Source of the DNA: the human T2T-CHM13v2.0 reference genome, Homo sapiens
NCBI RefSeq assembly: GCF_009914755.1
Contig: NC_060934.1
Direction: 5' to 3' (one strand)
DNA length: 64,000 nt
Shown: positions 1-18,528 of the stretch, in pieces
How positions within the stretch are numbered: position 1 is the first letter of the stretch
Layout: every line of letters begins with the position of its first letter
Made by a program: the position numbers and the translations under genes
The notes under the pieces: model-generated
Told to the model about the DNA's origin: nothing
What the model saw: only the letters and a program-made list of their open reading frames with translations
Database searches by the model: none

Positions 1-146
1 ATTTAAATTATATGTTATTGAAAAAAATTTTTTTTAATGGAATTTTGTCTCATTTTTCATAGGAGTAATCAGTAAGATGTTAACAACTACTTTTATTTTA
101 TGGTATTTGTATCAGAAGTGACCAGTTTTTTTTTTTTTATTCTTAG

Positions 147-181
147 TTGTAGAAATAAGAAGAAGCAACTGTACAAACCAT
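147..181 (+). CDS. AGAP-family internal exon (35 nt), (V)VEIRRSNCTNH, cyclin-Y-like origin
   Basis: Poly-T tract then tcttAG acceptor (145-146); CAT|GTAAGT donor; enters phase 1, exits phase 0. Confidence 0.9.
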
Positions 182-432
182 GTAAGTAAACACTCAAATA
201 GTTAAGAAATTGACAGTTTGACATAAAAGGATGTCTCTCTTGATTTCTTTAAATTACAATGTGGACCTGGTGGTGGTAGCATGGACCTCTTTTTGTGGAT
301 TTTCTAAATCTCTTCTATTTTCCTGAGTGTTAAATTTATCCAGAAAAGTGCTTAGTTTAGCGTGTCCACCTTTTAAAGATTTCTGACATTTAAGTTAAAT
401 TTCAATAGTCCGGTTCAAAAGATCTGCCTTAA

Positions 433-733
<301 letters not shown>

Positions 734-3042
734 TTAAATATTTAATCTTATTTTTAATGAAAGAACAAAAATAGAATAGCTAAGTTAATTGCCAGCACTG
801 TCTATTGACTTTCTGTCACAGCAGGTAAAAGCATACCTTCCCCGCTACACCATGATCTTATGTTTCTCCCTGTGTTTCTTCCAATTGTAGCACACTTTTT
901 AATTAAATCAGTAATATTTACATGATTATGACTCTGCAAATATTATTCACTGCTAAGTCATATGGTGTTTTCACTGTGCCTCTGCATTCCATGTCCTTCA
1001 TCCTGTCTCTGAAACAGTTCTGAAATCTGAGGACTTCTGCAATTCTCCTGGATCTTCTTTTTTCCTAGCCTATGTTAGTTTATCTATCCAAATATCGTTA
1101 AGTAGCCTCTGGGTGCTCTGTTTGCTTTCACATCCATTATTTTTTAGCATGAAGCTAATTTTCTGACTATATTCATTTGCCTGTTTTCTAACAGCTGTTT
1201 TCCCCCAAGTATTGTAGCATTTATCACATGCCTTTCAAAGATATTTTCCATCTGCGAAAACACATCTGTTCCTTTTTATGTTTGTGTGGGGGGCAACTTT
1301 CTTTGGCCTTTTGTCATCCTAGTTCAATATAGCGTGGGTTTCCCTAGATATGCTCAATGTCTGCTTTTCTGGGCTAACTCTTTAAAGTCTTTTGGTATCT
1401 CACGTAACTGCTGTCTTGTGTGGGATCGCCTGAGTCCTAGATTCTGTGTTTCCTTCTGTCCTGTTATCGTCTCTAGTTGTACTTGAACACATTTTCCTGT
1501 GTGGAGATGTTAAAATCCCTCCTCTTTGATAGAGAGTACACCTCTAGGTTGAATCTAAATTGTATGGTTCTGAAGACATTTTGCAGTTGTGCTCTTATTA
1601 CAGTGTTGTTCTTGAATCTATTGCCAGTGTGTGATACGTTATTTACAACCAGGTTTTAGTTATCTGCGGAAGCTTTTTAGAATCTCTCTCTCTAAGGTTC
1701 TGAAATTTTATAACAGCTTGTTGGGGATCTTTTCATTTTATTGAGGCTACTAAACCTGCAGACTATCTCTTCTTGAGAATTTTTTTTTATTTTCTCTGTT
1801 ACTTTTTTACTGATAGTCTTGTTATTCAGATGCTAGGCTGCTTAGACCAATACGCCTGCATTGATTTTTAATTTTTCCCCTTGTATTTTTTTCAGTTTGT
1901 CTTTTTATTCTAGTTCTGGGATATTCTGTGACTTTATCCTCTACTATTTCTATTGAATTTTATATTTTTTGAGAGTGTTTTAAGATTTTTTTTTAAAGTT
2001 TTGCTCCTGATTTTGACTGGTCCTATCAATTCCTTTTTTCTATTGTTTTGATCTCTTTTCTTGGAGGCTTCCCTCCAATGTGTGGTGGTCCCTGGCCTGC
2101 TTTATTTGGAAGCAGGATTTCTGTTAACTGATAGCACTCAGTGTGAGGCCTTAGAAGCCTGACTAGCTTTTCATTTGGGAGACCTCAGTGTATTATCTGG
2201 GGATCTTTATTGAAGACATTTCAGTTTCTTCTGAGAAGGATCTCCCAATTTTCTGCCTGGAAAGGAAAAGCAGGCCTGGAAAGGAAAAGCAGAGTTAGCG
2301 AAGAAAGTTGGAGTTCCATTTTTGGTGTACAGTTTTCTTTATATCTCAGGTTTAAGCCATGGTATCTCTGAGCCAGAAATTCTCAGGTTTGATATATCCG
2401 GAGAACACACATCTAAGTTTCTTGTCAGATGGAAGGACAGGTGGACTTGGGGCTCTAGTTAGAGATTTGCAACTGACCTTGCTGGCTTTTTTTTTTTTTT
2501 CACATTTTACCCTACTTTCCAAAGTGCCATTTGCCTGTAATTTCACAACCTGCCTTTAGTTCTGCAAGACAAACTGGCTCGCTTCTGTTCCAGTCACTTT
2601 CTGTAGGCACCAAAGTTGTGTTTCTGTGTTATTTACCACTCCTTTATCTACTTTTTATGTCTCAGCATTTATTAAAAATTATCTCTGTCAACCTTCTGTG
2701 CTGGTCATGGGTGTAACCTTTATTTTATGACTGATGAGGCTTCCGGAGGGAGACGAAATAAATTTGTGGTCAATCTATTATATTTAATCCAAATTTAGGA
2801 CCTATGTTTAAATCAAAGTCTAATTTGAGTATAATTAATGATATTAAGCCAGAGAATTTTTTAAATTAATGTATCTATAATAAGCATATTACACTTTTCT
2901 CCTAAGGCCTTGTTTAATATTTTCATTCAAAGTTTATCCACTGCCATATACTTCCCATTACTTCACAACATACATGGAGCTGTTTTCCTGAATGCCCAAA
3001 GTGTTAGAAATATTTAAGTTAATTAAGATTTGTTTATTTTTA

Positions 3043-3579
<537 letters not shown>

Positions 3580-3694
3580 TAAAGTTACTAATTCTTTAAA
3601 AACCTATCTAAAATTTGTCCTGCCCAAAAGGAGAGTGAAAAATATGAACTTTAGTCTTTGTTTTATTTTATGTTTGCTGAGAAAAATGCTGTAC

Positions 3695-4965
3695 TTTATT
3701 TATTTATTTATTATTTCCATAGGTTTCTGGGGGAACAGGTGGCATTTGGTGACATGACTAAGTTCTTTAGTGATGATTTGTGAGATTTAGGTGCACCCAT
3801 CACCTGAGCAGTATCCGCTGAACCCAATTTGTAGTCTTTTATCCCTCACCCTCCTCCCAGCCTTTCCCCCAAGTCCCCAAAGTCCATTGTATCATTCTTA
3901 TGGCTTTGCATCCTCATAGCTCAGCTCCCACGTATGAAAGAGAACATGATATTTGGTTTTCCATGCTGAGTTATTTCACTTAGAATAATAGTCTTACTTC
4001 CATCCAGGTTGCTGGAAATGCCATGAATTTATTCCTTATTATGGCTGAGGTGGTATTCCTCATATATATATATATGTATGTATATCACGGTTTCTTTATC
4101 CACTCATTGATTGACGGGCATTTGGGCTGGTTCCATATTTTTGTAATTGTAATTTGTTTGAGTTCCTCATAGATTCTGGATAATAGCCCTTTGTCAGATG
4201 TATAGACTGTGAAGATTTCCTCCCACTCTGTGGTTGTCTGTATACTCTGCTGATTGTTCCTTTTCCTGTGCAGAAGCTCTTTAGTTAAGTCTCACCTATT
4301 TGTTTCTGTTGCATTTGCTTTTGTGTTCTTGGTCATGAAGTCTTTGCCTAAGCCAGCGTCTAGACGGGTTTTTCCAATGTTATCTTCTAGAACTTTTATG
4401 ATTTCAGGTCATAGATTTATGTCCTTGATCCATCTTGAGTTGATTTTTGTGTAAGGTGAGAGTTGAGGATCCAGTTTCATTCTCCCGCATGTGGCTTGCC
4501 AATTATCCCAGCACCATTTGTTGAATAGGGTTTACTTTCTTCACTTTATGTTTTAGGTGGCTTTGTTGAAAATCAGTTGGCTATAGGTATTTGAGTTTAT
4601 TTCTGGGTTCTCTATTCTGTTCCATTGGTGTATGTGCCTATTTTTATATCAGTACCATGCTATTTTGGCGACTATGGCCTTATAGTATAGTTTGAAATCA
4701 GGTAATGTCATGCCTCCAGATTTGTTGTTTTTGCTTAGTTTTGTTTTGGCTGTGCCGGTTCTTGTTTGGTCCATATAAATTTCAGGATTGTTTTTTCTAG
4801 TTCGGTGAAGAAGGATGGTGCTATTTTAATGGGAGTTGCATTGAATTTGTAGATTGCTTTTGGCAGTATGGTCATTTTCACAATATTCATTCTACCCATT
4901 CATGAGCATGGGGTGTCTTTCCATTTGTTTGTGTCCATGACTTCATTCAGCAACGTTTTGTAGTT
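3695..4965 (-). mobile_element. L1PB1-like LINE 3' portion (internally deleted)
   Basis: L1PB-type 3' UTR and ORF2 C-terminal sequence in antisense. Confidence 0.85.
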
Positions 4966-5982
4966 CCCAACGGCATATCAAAAAATAATCGGGCCAGGCA
5001 CGGTGGCTCACACCTGTAATCCCAGCACTTTGGGAGGCTGAGGCGGACGGATCATGAGGTCAGGAGTTCGAGACCAGCCTGGCCAACATGGTGAAATCCC
5101 ATCTCTACTAAAAATACAAAAGTTAGCCGGGTGTGGTGGTGCTCACCTGTAATCCCATCTACTCAGGTGGCTGAGGCAGGAGAATCGCTTGAACCTCGGA
5201 GGCAGAGGTTGCAGTGAGCCAAGATCACCGCACTGCATATTCCAGCCTGGGCAACAGAGCGAGACTCCATCTCAAAAAAAAAAAAAGATAATCCACCATG
5301 ATCAAATGGGTTTCATACCAGGGATGCAGAGATGGATTAACATACACAAGTCAATAAATGTGATACACCACATAAACAGAATTAAAAACAAAAAATCACA
5401 TGATCATCTAAACAGATGCAGAAAAAGCATTTGACAAAATGCAGCATCCTTTTATGATTAAAACCCTCAGCAAAATCAGCATACAAGGGTCACAGCTCAA
5501 TATAATAAAAGCCATCTATGACAAACCCACAACCAACATAATACTGAAAGGGGGAAAAGTTGAAAGCATTCCCCCCGAGAACTGGAACAAGACAAGGATG
5601 CCCACTCTCACCACTTGTATTCAACATACTACTGGAAGGCCTAGCCAGAACAATCACACAAGAGAAAACAATAAAAGGCATGCAGATCAGTAAAGAGGAA
5701 GTCAAACTGTTGCTGTTTGATGATGATATGATCATATACCTAGGAAACCCTAAAGACTCCTCCAAAAAGCTCCTAGAACTGATAAATGAATTCAGCAAAG
5801 TTTCAGGAGACAAAATTAATGTACACAAATCAGTAGCTCTGTTATACCCCAGAAGCGACCAAGCTTAGAATCAAACCAAGAACTCAACCCCTTTTCTGAT
5901 AGCTGCAAAACTAAACTAAACTAAAATAAAATACTTCGGAATAGACCTAACCAAGGAGGTGAAAGATGTCTACAAGGAAAAC
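4966..5982 (+). mobile_element. Inverted 5' portion of the same L1 (ORF2 RT region), interrupted by an Alu
   Basis: RT motifs [10 protein letters not shown] and LFDDDMIIY in the ORF track; stops and frameshifts present. Confidence 0.9.
4992..5286 (+). mobile_element. AluS inserted in L1
   Basis: Full Alu; TSD aaaa(g)ataatc on both sides. Confidence 0.95.
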
Positions 5983-7082
5983 AACTTTAGTATTTTTAAT
6001 GGGTTAAAATGAGAGGCAGCAGGTACAGCAGAAGAAGTCAGTGCGTGGGCATCTGCATCCAATGGGTACTGCACCTTTGATGGTAAGGCTTTGGTTTTGA
6101 CTTACTAAATTACTAGGTACGATTATTTTCTAGTTTTTGTCATTAAACCTTAAAACTACTAAGTAACCCCTTCCATTTCTTGTTAAATATTGTAAAATTT
6201 CATACTCTCATTTATGCTGCCTGACGTTAGAGTATTTGTTTCTATTTTGTGACTACCTTAAATAATACCTATAAAGAGTAAACTGTTAGTAGTGTTTTTG
6301 CTGTAATTAAATGTAGTAAGACTTACCTTCCAAATGATAACTGAATTGTCAAACACTTGTCGAAGTTTTGGATTTACTCAAAATTCTATGCTCAGCAGCT
6401 GGAGGTAGGAAGAGTAAGGGCCCTCCCTTACTCTTATGGAGAGGCATACTTTCTCACAAGGGGAATACTCTGCAGGAATTAGCATCTTGTAAGCAGTGGT
6501 GAATTCAACTAATTAGTGTATAAAAATACATTTTTTGGTGTGGCTGCCGACAAAGAGATCCAAGAGGGTAGATGGAGTCGAGCTTGCTGAAGCAAGGAAA
6601 GAGAAAAGCAGTATTCTAGGCAGAGAGCAGGGGTAGAGCAGGAAAATGGCTAGGTGCAGGTCAGATGATTTATAGAATGCAATTGATCAAGTTTTGAAGT
6701 GAATGCAAAGTATTCTCCGAGAGTCTCATTTGAGTCATGTCTTGGCAGTCTTATTTAAACATGAAGTGAAAGTTAGATTTTTTAAGTTGTCATTTGTTTT
6801 CAGGGTGTGAGAGAATATGTAAGTGATACTCTTTTTATCCTCCACATAAGAAAATAGGACTAGAGAAACCTATGGCTTCCTCACTTGTTGGTGGCCTAGC
6901 AGCCCTGGCACACAGAGCCTCTGAATCTGAAACACTTCTTTTGTAACAATATCACCTGAAATAATACATTTAGGATTAGTAATTTAGTAAATGCATTAGT
7001 CTTGTATTCACTGCAATAAAATGCTCTTGTAGCAGGATTATTTAATACATTACATTTTATCGTAGTAAATAAATAATAGAAG

Positions 7083-7380
<298 letters not shown>

Positions 7381-7431
7381 TTAATTAATAGAAATTCTCA
7401 GCTGCTTTTTATTGCTGCAGAAAAAAAATGA

Positions 7432-7762
<331 letters not shown>

Positions 7763-8000
7763 GCGAAGCCGACTTTTCCCATTATTTTTAACGGTAATTC
7801 ATAAAATCCTTGTTAGGTTTGATGACAGGTACCATATTAAGGGCAGCATTTTATAACCCATATCTTAAACATCATCTCTGGAAGTTGAGAGCCTCCAATG
7901 GGTTTTCTTTAGAGTGCACATGATACCACACTCAGGCAGTTCATGCAGTGTAAGACATATCTTAGTGCTTTGTCATTTGACATTTTAACTGAGAAAATAA

Positions 8001-8142
<142 letters not shown>

Positions 8143-9589
8143 GTGAGTACAACTATGCTGCCGAGGGACAGATTCCTTTATTCTAAAATTATTTCAGTCA
8201 TTTGGTTGTCCTTTTCAGCAATCAGTTTAAGAAATTGGAGTCAACCATATATTGATATCCAGATTCTGAATATTAAGTATCAGTTTCTCTTTTAATCTTA
8301 GACGTCGTGGTGGAAGGAAAAATCAGTTAACAAAGAAGCAATCCCAGAAACAGTGTATCTTTTTGATGCCTTTATGCCTTTAGACAATGTTGAACACAGT
8401 GAGAAGGATAGGTTCCCTTTATTGAATGTTTTTTTGTGGAAACTTAGTTTTTCAATGCATCATAGGCCTAAATCAGTGTGCACTACTTTGGACATTATCC
8501 TTGGAAGAAGGAACAGCTTTTCTTCTTCTGGCACCACAGTGTATCTGCATTTGAATTTCTCCCATTGTGCATGAGCACCTCATGGGCCACAAAGATGCGC
8601 TTTGAGAGCACCCTGAGATGAAGTTTATTTTAAAAGGAACAACAACCAACACCACCACCAGCTCCACAGGGGCTGTCCAGTGTACATTATTCTCATCTTC
8701 TTGGGTTATTAGTCTTGATTTTTAGAACACAGTTTGGAAAGTGCTAATTTAGAATATTAATGTCTTTATCTTTAATTTAACTTTTCATTCTGTACACATA
8801 ACTAGCTTATAAACAATTTTGTTTCAAATGCACTAGCCTTTTTAACTAATTCAATTGTCAATAACTTTTACTTCAATTAAAAGTGGCAAGTTTACACTCA
8901 TAATAATGTCACTTTCCTCCCTCCCTTTTAACAATAGTTGAGAGGAAATTGTGTTTCGAACAAAAACTGGACTCAAACTCTGTCTCAAGTCCTGAGCTTT
9001 GGGACCTATTGAGTAATCACTAAATGTCTGTAGTCAGCTAAGTCTCTTAAATCTCTGAGCACACATACACAAAAATTACTTTGACTAGAGTCCCTGGCTT
9101 CTTCTGAGTTCCAAAGATTTTGATATGTTAGCATATAATTCAAAAGCAGCTTTGAAGATTAATTTTGCTGAAACAAATTTCGTGCTTTTTTCCTCATTAT
9201 TCTACTTTTTAGAAGTCTACTTTTGAGAGTATAGTAAGTTTTAATTTGCCACCAGCAAGTTTGAGAAATGATCATTTGGTGTATTCACTATTGGTGAAAT
9301 AAAGTTATTGAACAAATTAATAGGGCAAATTGGCTTCAAGAAGATATTTTGAAAAATGTTTTATCATGAATCAGTAGTGCACTGTTGTCAGTGGGATAGG
9401 TGGAACTCGCTGAGATCACTTATGCAAGGTTTTTTTCAAAATACAAGTCTGCAAACACATGTATCTTCCCATCTCCACTTTCCCTCTATCTCTAGGCACT
9501 GAGAAGCCTTTTAGGAAAATCGGGATGGATGTGAGGCATCTTTCTGTGAAGAAAAGCATCCCAGAAGATTCTGATTTTCACCCCAACTC

Positions 9590-9765
9590 AATCATTCCAA
9601 ACTTTGCTGCTGATTGAAATCACCTGGGAAACGTTTACCAAGAACCTTGATGCCCAAAGCCATACCCAATACTAATTAAATTAAAATGTCTCATGTGGAA
9701 GATGAGGCAGATATTAAAGCTTCTCAGGCGATTTTAATGTGCAGCAAAGTTTGAGAGCCACTGCT
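9590..9765. mobile_element. MER5-like hAT DNA transposon remnant
   Basis: gaaatcacctgggaa ... gattttaatgtgcagcaaagtttgagagccactg motifs. Confidence 0.65.
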
Positions 9766-10071
9766 TAATTTGAGTTTAGGATGAGAAACTGCTCCTATTT
9801 GGTGGGACCTTGGGCAAGTCAGTTTTAAGGTCTGTTTCCCTGATCTGTAAAACGAGTGTTGAATTAAATGTCACATAAGGTCATTGGTCCTTTCCAGCAT
9901 GTAACTTTAAATTCTGTGATTTTAAAATTATTTCAGAGATGAAAACTACTTGAAGCACTATAGACATATCCATCTTACCTGCTAATGTTACAGGCTTTTT
10001 AAAAAGTGCTAATATTGTGTAGACCTATTAGTAGAATTGAGATTTGCCTTCCCTCAGTTGTTTTGAGCCTC

Positions 10072-10486
<415 letters not shown>

Positions 10487-10735
10487 TTATTATTTATATA
10501 TTGTAATCACCAACAGAAACGCGTCTTCTAACGGCATATTTCGTTGCATTTTGGTTCTCATATTTTTGTAAAAAACAAAGAAATGAAAACAAAGTGCCCT
10601 TATGGTACTGTTCTGAACTAGAAGATTTGAATTTCAGGGCCGCTAGGAGAGTTTCCTCTGCCCCCCTTTTAAAAAATGTCTTCAGGCCTAACAAATGATA
10701 ACATCTATTGTTATGAATTTTTTTTCCTTCCACAG

Positions 10736-10771
10736 TGTGACCTTGGAGATACCTCATCATATCACACAAAG
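10736..10771 (+). CDS. AGAP-family internal exon (36 nt), (S)VTLEIPHHITQ(R)
   Basis: tttttccttccacAG acceptor, AAG|GTGAGC donor, phase 2/2. Confidence 0.9.
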
Positions 10772-11057
10772 GTGAGCTTTTTAGAAACCTGTCTTGTTAT
10801 TCTAGCTAAGTACTTTGCAAGATATCAAGCTCAGTGTTAGGTCACAGCTCTAGACATCATAAGCTGTATTGTGCCTACTAAAATATTGAAGCAAATTATT
10901 TGTATTTTCTTTGTTCCTTAAGACTCTCATAATTCTTAAATGATTGAGAATCTCAAAGAGTATGTGTTTATATTGATTATATTGATATTTAGTGTGGTAG
11001 AATTATACAATTGAAATTTTTTCAAAATCTATTTTTAGTTTAGATTTCACAGCCTTA

Positions 11058-11205
11058 CCACTGTTGATATTATGGGCTAGATAATGCTTTGTTGTGAGGA
11101 CTGTCTTGTGCATTGCAGAGAGTTTAGCAGTATTCATGGCCTCTACCAACTAGATGTCAGTAGTAACCCATGACCCAGGTTATAACAACAGAAAATATTC
11201 CTTGA
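11058..11205. mobile_element. MER20 DNA transposon remnant
   Basis: cactgttgatattatgggctagataat...ggcctctaccaactagatgtcagtag. Confidence 0.75.
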
Positions 11206-11380
11206 GAACAGTATTGTTAACAGAATTTTTTCATTGAAAAATAACTTTTCTACAACAAAAAGTTGAGTAAAAAGTGCGTCATGTATTTATATTATTTAAA
11301 GTCTCTCATGTTGAGCTTAATAGGAGACAAATGGATTCTCTAGAGCTTTCTTTGCAATTTGCTTTAAAGCAGCAATAAGA

Positions 11381-12090
<710 letters not shown>

Positions 12091-12465
12091 TCACAAGTGG
12101 TGGTTTCTTAAATTAGTTACGGTGGCATTTTACATATTAATAAATTTATTCCATCAGTACTCGTTGATCTTTCTTGCACAGTAAATGGATCTTTTGCTCC
12201 ATACTTGCATTTATAATATCATGCATTAGTTACTTGGAATATATTGGTTTATGTTTTATTGTGTCAAAAATCACTTTTAGTTTAACCACCAATCTTACTT
12301 TAACACACCTTTAAGTATTGAAAAGCTGCCAAGCCTACAGTAGAAGGAACAAGTTTTTCAAAGTCCACAGGAAAGCTTAAATTTTATCATTGGGAAAAAA
12401 TACGTATTTACCTTGAAGTGACAACCTCTCACTTCATTTATTTTTGAGAATGATAGTTGAACTGG

Positions 12466-12733
12466 TTTTTTAGACCGAGTTTCACTCTGTCACTTGGCTG
12501 GAGTGCATTGGCATGATCTCAGCTCAAGCAATCCTCTCACCTCAGGCTCCTTTGTAGCTGGGACCACAGATGTGTGGCACCACGCCAGGCTAATTTTCTT
12601 ATATGTTTGACAGTGACAGGGTTTCGTTATGTTGCCTAGGCTGGTCTCGAACTCCTGAAGGAGCTCAAGCCATCTGCCTGCTTTGGCCTCTCAAAGTGCT
12701 GGGATTTTACAGGCGTGAGCCACTGCGCTGGCC
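12466..12733 (-). mobile_element. AluJ (internally deleted)
   Basis: Diverged antisense Alu. Confidence 0.85.
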
Positions 12734-13150
12734 TAGTTGTACTTTTAAATAAAAATGATGTTCTGTGAAAAAAGTGATTTTTCAGTTCACAGTTAAATCA
12801 CGGATTCTTTAAAAACAAAAAAAAAGCGCTTCTGGTTAACTTTCCACTTATTCAGAATATTAGAGACATGTCAAGATTTAACAACATTAATTTTTACTGC
12901 TTCATCAAAGACATTCTTAAGAAATTCAGGCTATGTTTTTTACCTGTACGGGACAGTGAAGAATAGAATGACTACTAATGTAATTGGTACTACTGCCTTG
13001 ATTTATGCTGAGAAACCAGCCATTGTACCCACTTTTGCTTTTATATAATCATGGCAAGTGTCAATGAAAAAGCAGGCAATGACTTTGTATTACTTTCACA
13101 AATTTTTAAAATTTTTCATCAGCTTTCTCAGGTTTAATTAGTATGATTCA

Positions 13151-13462
<312 letters not shown>

Positions 13463-14069
13463 AGAACAGTTATGACCTCTTAGGCCTTCTGGAAGGGGTC
13501 TTCGGGATCCCGAGAGGTCCACACAGCACATTTGGAGAACCACTGGTTTATACACAGGCACAATGCATTAGTTTTACAAAGTTTAAAGTTCATCAAAGAC
13601 TGGCCTCTTAAAAAGGCAGATGAGTTTGTCATTCAAACAACAGAAAGTACATAAATACATCATGAGAGTATACTACAGAGAACTAAAGAGAAAGGAAGCT
13701 AGGAAATCTGAATCACATTTACGTTTATTAAAGTTTACTACTACTGCTTTGTAGAACATTCTTGTGTTTCAATGTGTGGTTAGAAGAGTGAAAATATGTT
13801 TGGTTTATTGCCATGGCCTGTTAGGGAGAGTCAATACTCACGGGCATTTCTGACTGGTTATCATACAAAAGACTTCACGGTACAGGCCATGATGTGCTGA
13901 GAAAGAAGAAGTCAGGAAACCCTCTGCAAGTCAGGATCCAGGAGAAGAATTCGTAAAAACTGCTTTGGTAAAGTAAACACCAAAGCACACAGGAGGCAGT
14001 ATTTTACTAAACAAATATTATACTAAGATATTAACAGTTTTTGAAGTAATGCGCTTTCTTATTTTATAG

Positions 14070-14121
14070 AGATGCAGATAGATCTTTGAGCATACCTGAT
14101 GAACAGTTACACTCATTTGCG
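14070..14121 (+). CDS. AGAP-family internal exon (52 nt), (R)DADRSLSIPDEQLHSFA
   Basis: ctttcttattttatAG acceptor, GCG|GTAAGT donor, phase 2 in, phase 0 out. Confidence 0.9.
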
Positions 14122-14343
14122 GTAAGTGGCACTTTTATTGAGGTTGTATTTTCATCGTACACTTGTATCTGTTTCATGCTGAAGTCAAAGCCATCTTTTT
14201 TTAAATCTTCCCCATTTCATGTTGCATTTAGTCATCTTAAGTGTTGTAAAAAGAATGTGCTGGAGTAAGAACTGATCTGCAGCTCTGTTTAGTTAGTGAG
14301 CTAGTATGAGTAAATATACTATCCAAACAACAGAAAATGTATC

Positions 14344-14659
<316 letters not shown>

Positions 14660-14732
14660 CAGAAAATGTATCTTTTTAAAAGGTAATTGTGAGCTGTCTA
14701 TAGGACCCTGCAAGCCACTACCCAATTTTTGA

Positions 14733-16235
<1,503 letters not shown>

Positions 16236-16523
16236 TATCTGTTTTATTTGACTGCAGTCTCCTTGGTGCAAAAACAAAATGGGAAAAATAAGGATAACTC
16301 AGAATTTCAAAAGGAAATCACAAATTCAGCTAATAATAGCATTTTCAGTACTTTTCGTAAACTAAGTAAATACACAAAATGTTGATTTTTCTGACCATAA
16401 GACGTATTTTATGTCCTTTTGCCAAGGTGGATTTGTTAGTCTCAGGCCCTCCTGGCCACATTGCCCAAGTCACACAGGCTTCTGTATTATGTATTTAGAT
16501 AAAATGTGTGAAAATATATTTGA

Positions 16524-16875
<352 letters not shown>

Positions 16876-16957
16876 CATGGCACCTCTCTTAATTTATAAA
16901 TTGAACAGGATGTGAAGTAATAATGTCAGCTAGTTGAGATAAGAGAGTTACAGTTCG

Positions 16958-17583
<626 letters not shown>

Positions 17584-18102
17584 TCATTGCACGTGGAAAA
17601 TATTCCCAGCAGTAAACACTTCCATTAATGTGATCTACAGCTTTTAAAAAGGAGCATCTCAGAATAAGATGGTGGTACAATTTGCTTATTGAGAAAGGAA
17701 AAAAAAAAACACATGAGTATATTACAAAGGGAAAAGAAGGAATGTGATTTCTCATGATTGAAAGCTTGATTTAGATTGCATACAGGTTTTGCTACCCAAG
17801 AGCAAGAGGCTCTGGCAAGACAGGGTGGTTTTCCGAATGCCAGACCGAGGTGCCTTATGAAGGCAGCTGCCGATGGTTCCAGATGTAGAGAGATAGGTGA
17901 TGCAGGAGGGAAAGCTGGATTGGAAAAGGGAGAGTTTTGTAGACGGGCTACGCTCATTGTGCCTTTGAAAGAGCAGAGCCGGCAGCCTCTAGTCATCTTT
18001 TGGATATACAGGACTAGAGCATGAATCTGATGTAGAGCTACAGAATGAAGAGCAACAGCAGCTGTTTAAATACCGAGAAAGTGTGTAGAATGAAATTGGA
18101 CG

Positions 18103-18295
18103 AGCCAAGCATGGTGGTTTCATGCCTTTAGTCCTAGCTACTTTGGAGGCTGAGGTGGGGGAATTACTTGAGCTCAGCAGTTTGAGTCCAGCCTGGGCCA
18201 GATGGTGAGACCCTGTATCTTAAGAAAAGAAAAAATAAGACCAGGTACAGTATCTCATGCCTGTAATCCCAGCACTTTGGGAGGCCAAGTTGAGA
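18103..18295 (+). mobile_element. FLAM/Alu monomer plus a 5' Alu fragment
   Basis: Monomer with A-rich tail, then about 55 nt of Alu 5' end cut off abruptly. Confidence 0.8.
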
Positions 18296-18528
18296 GGACA
18301 GAAATGAACCCCGGCTAGGTGCCAAGCACCTAGGCACACACCTCTTCTGCCACCCTCCTTGTGCCCTGTGTCCCCCCAGGGCCCTCAAGAGTGGGAGGAA
18401 GGGAAGGTTACAATGATTTCTCCCTCAAGAGTGGGAGGAAGGGACCTAGCACTCAGTGCTCAGTCTCCCAGGCTCTCTCCGGCTCCAAAGCTGGTGCAGC
18501 TCAGTGGGGCTCGGGGGACTGCGTGGCT

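Noticed and set aside
850-2700. T-rich diverged sequence with several 60-66 aa ORFs
   Set aside because: Probably an old antisense L1 remnant; too degenerate to call and the ORFs are chance-length.
5189-5868. Reverse-transcriptase-like ORFs
   Set aside because: Fragmented L1 ORF2 with stops and frameshifts; not a novel RT system.
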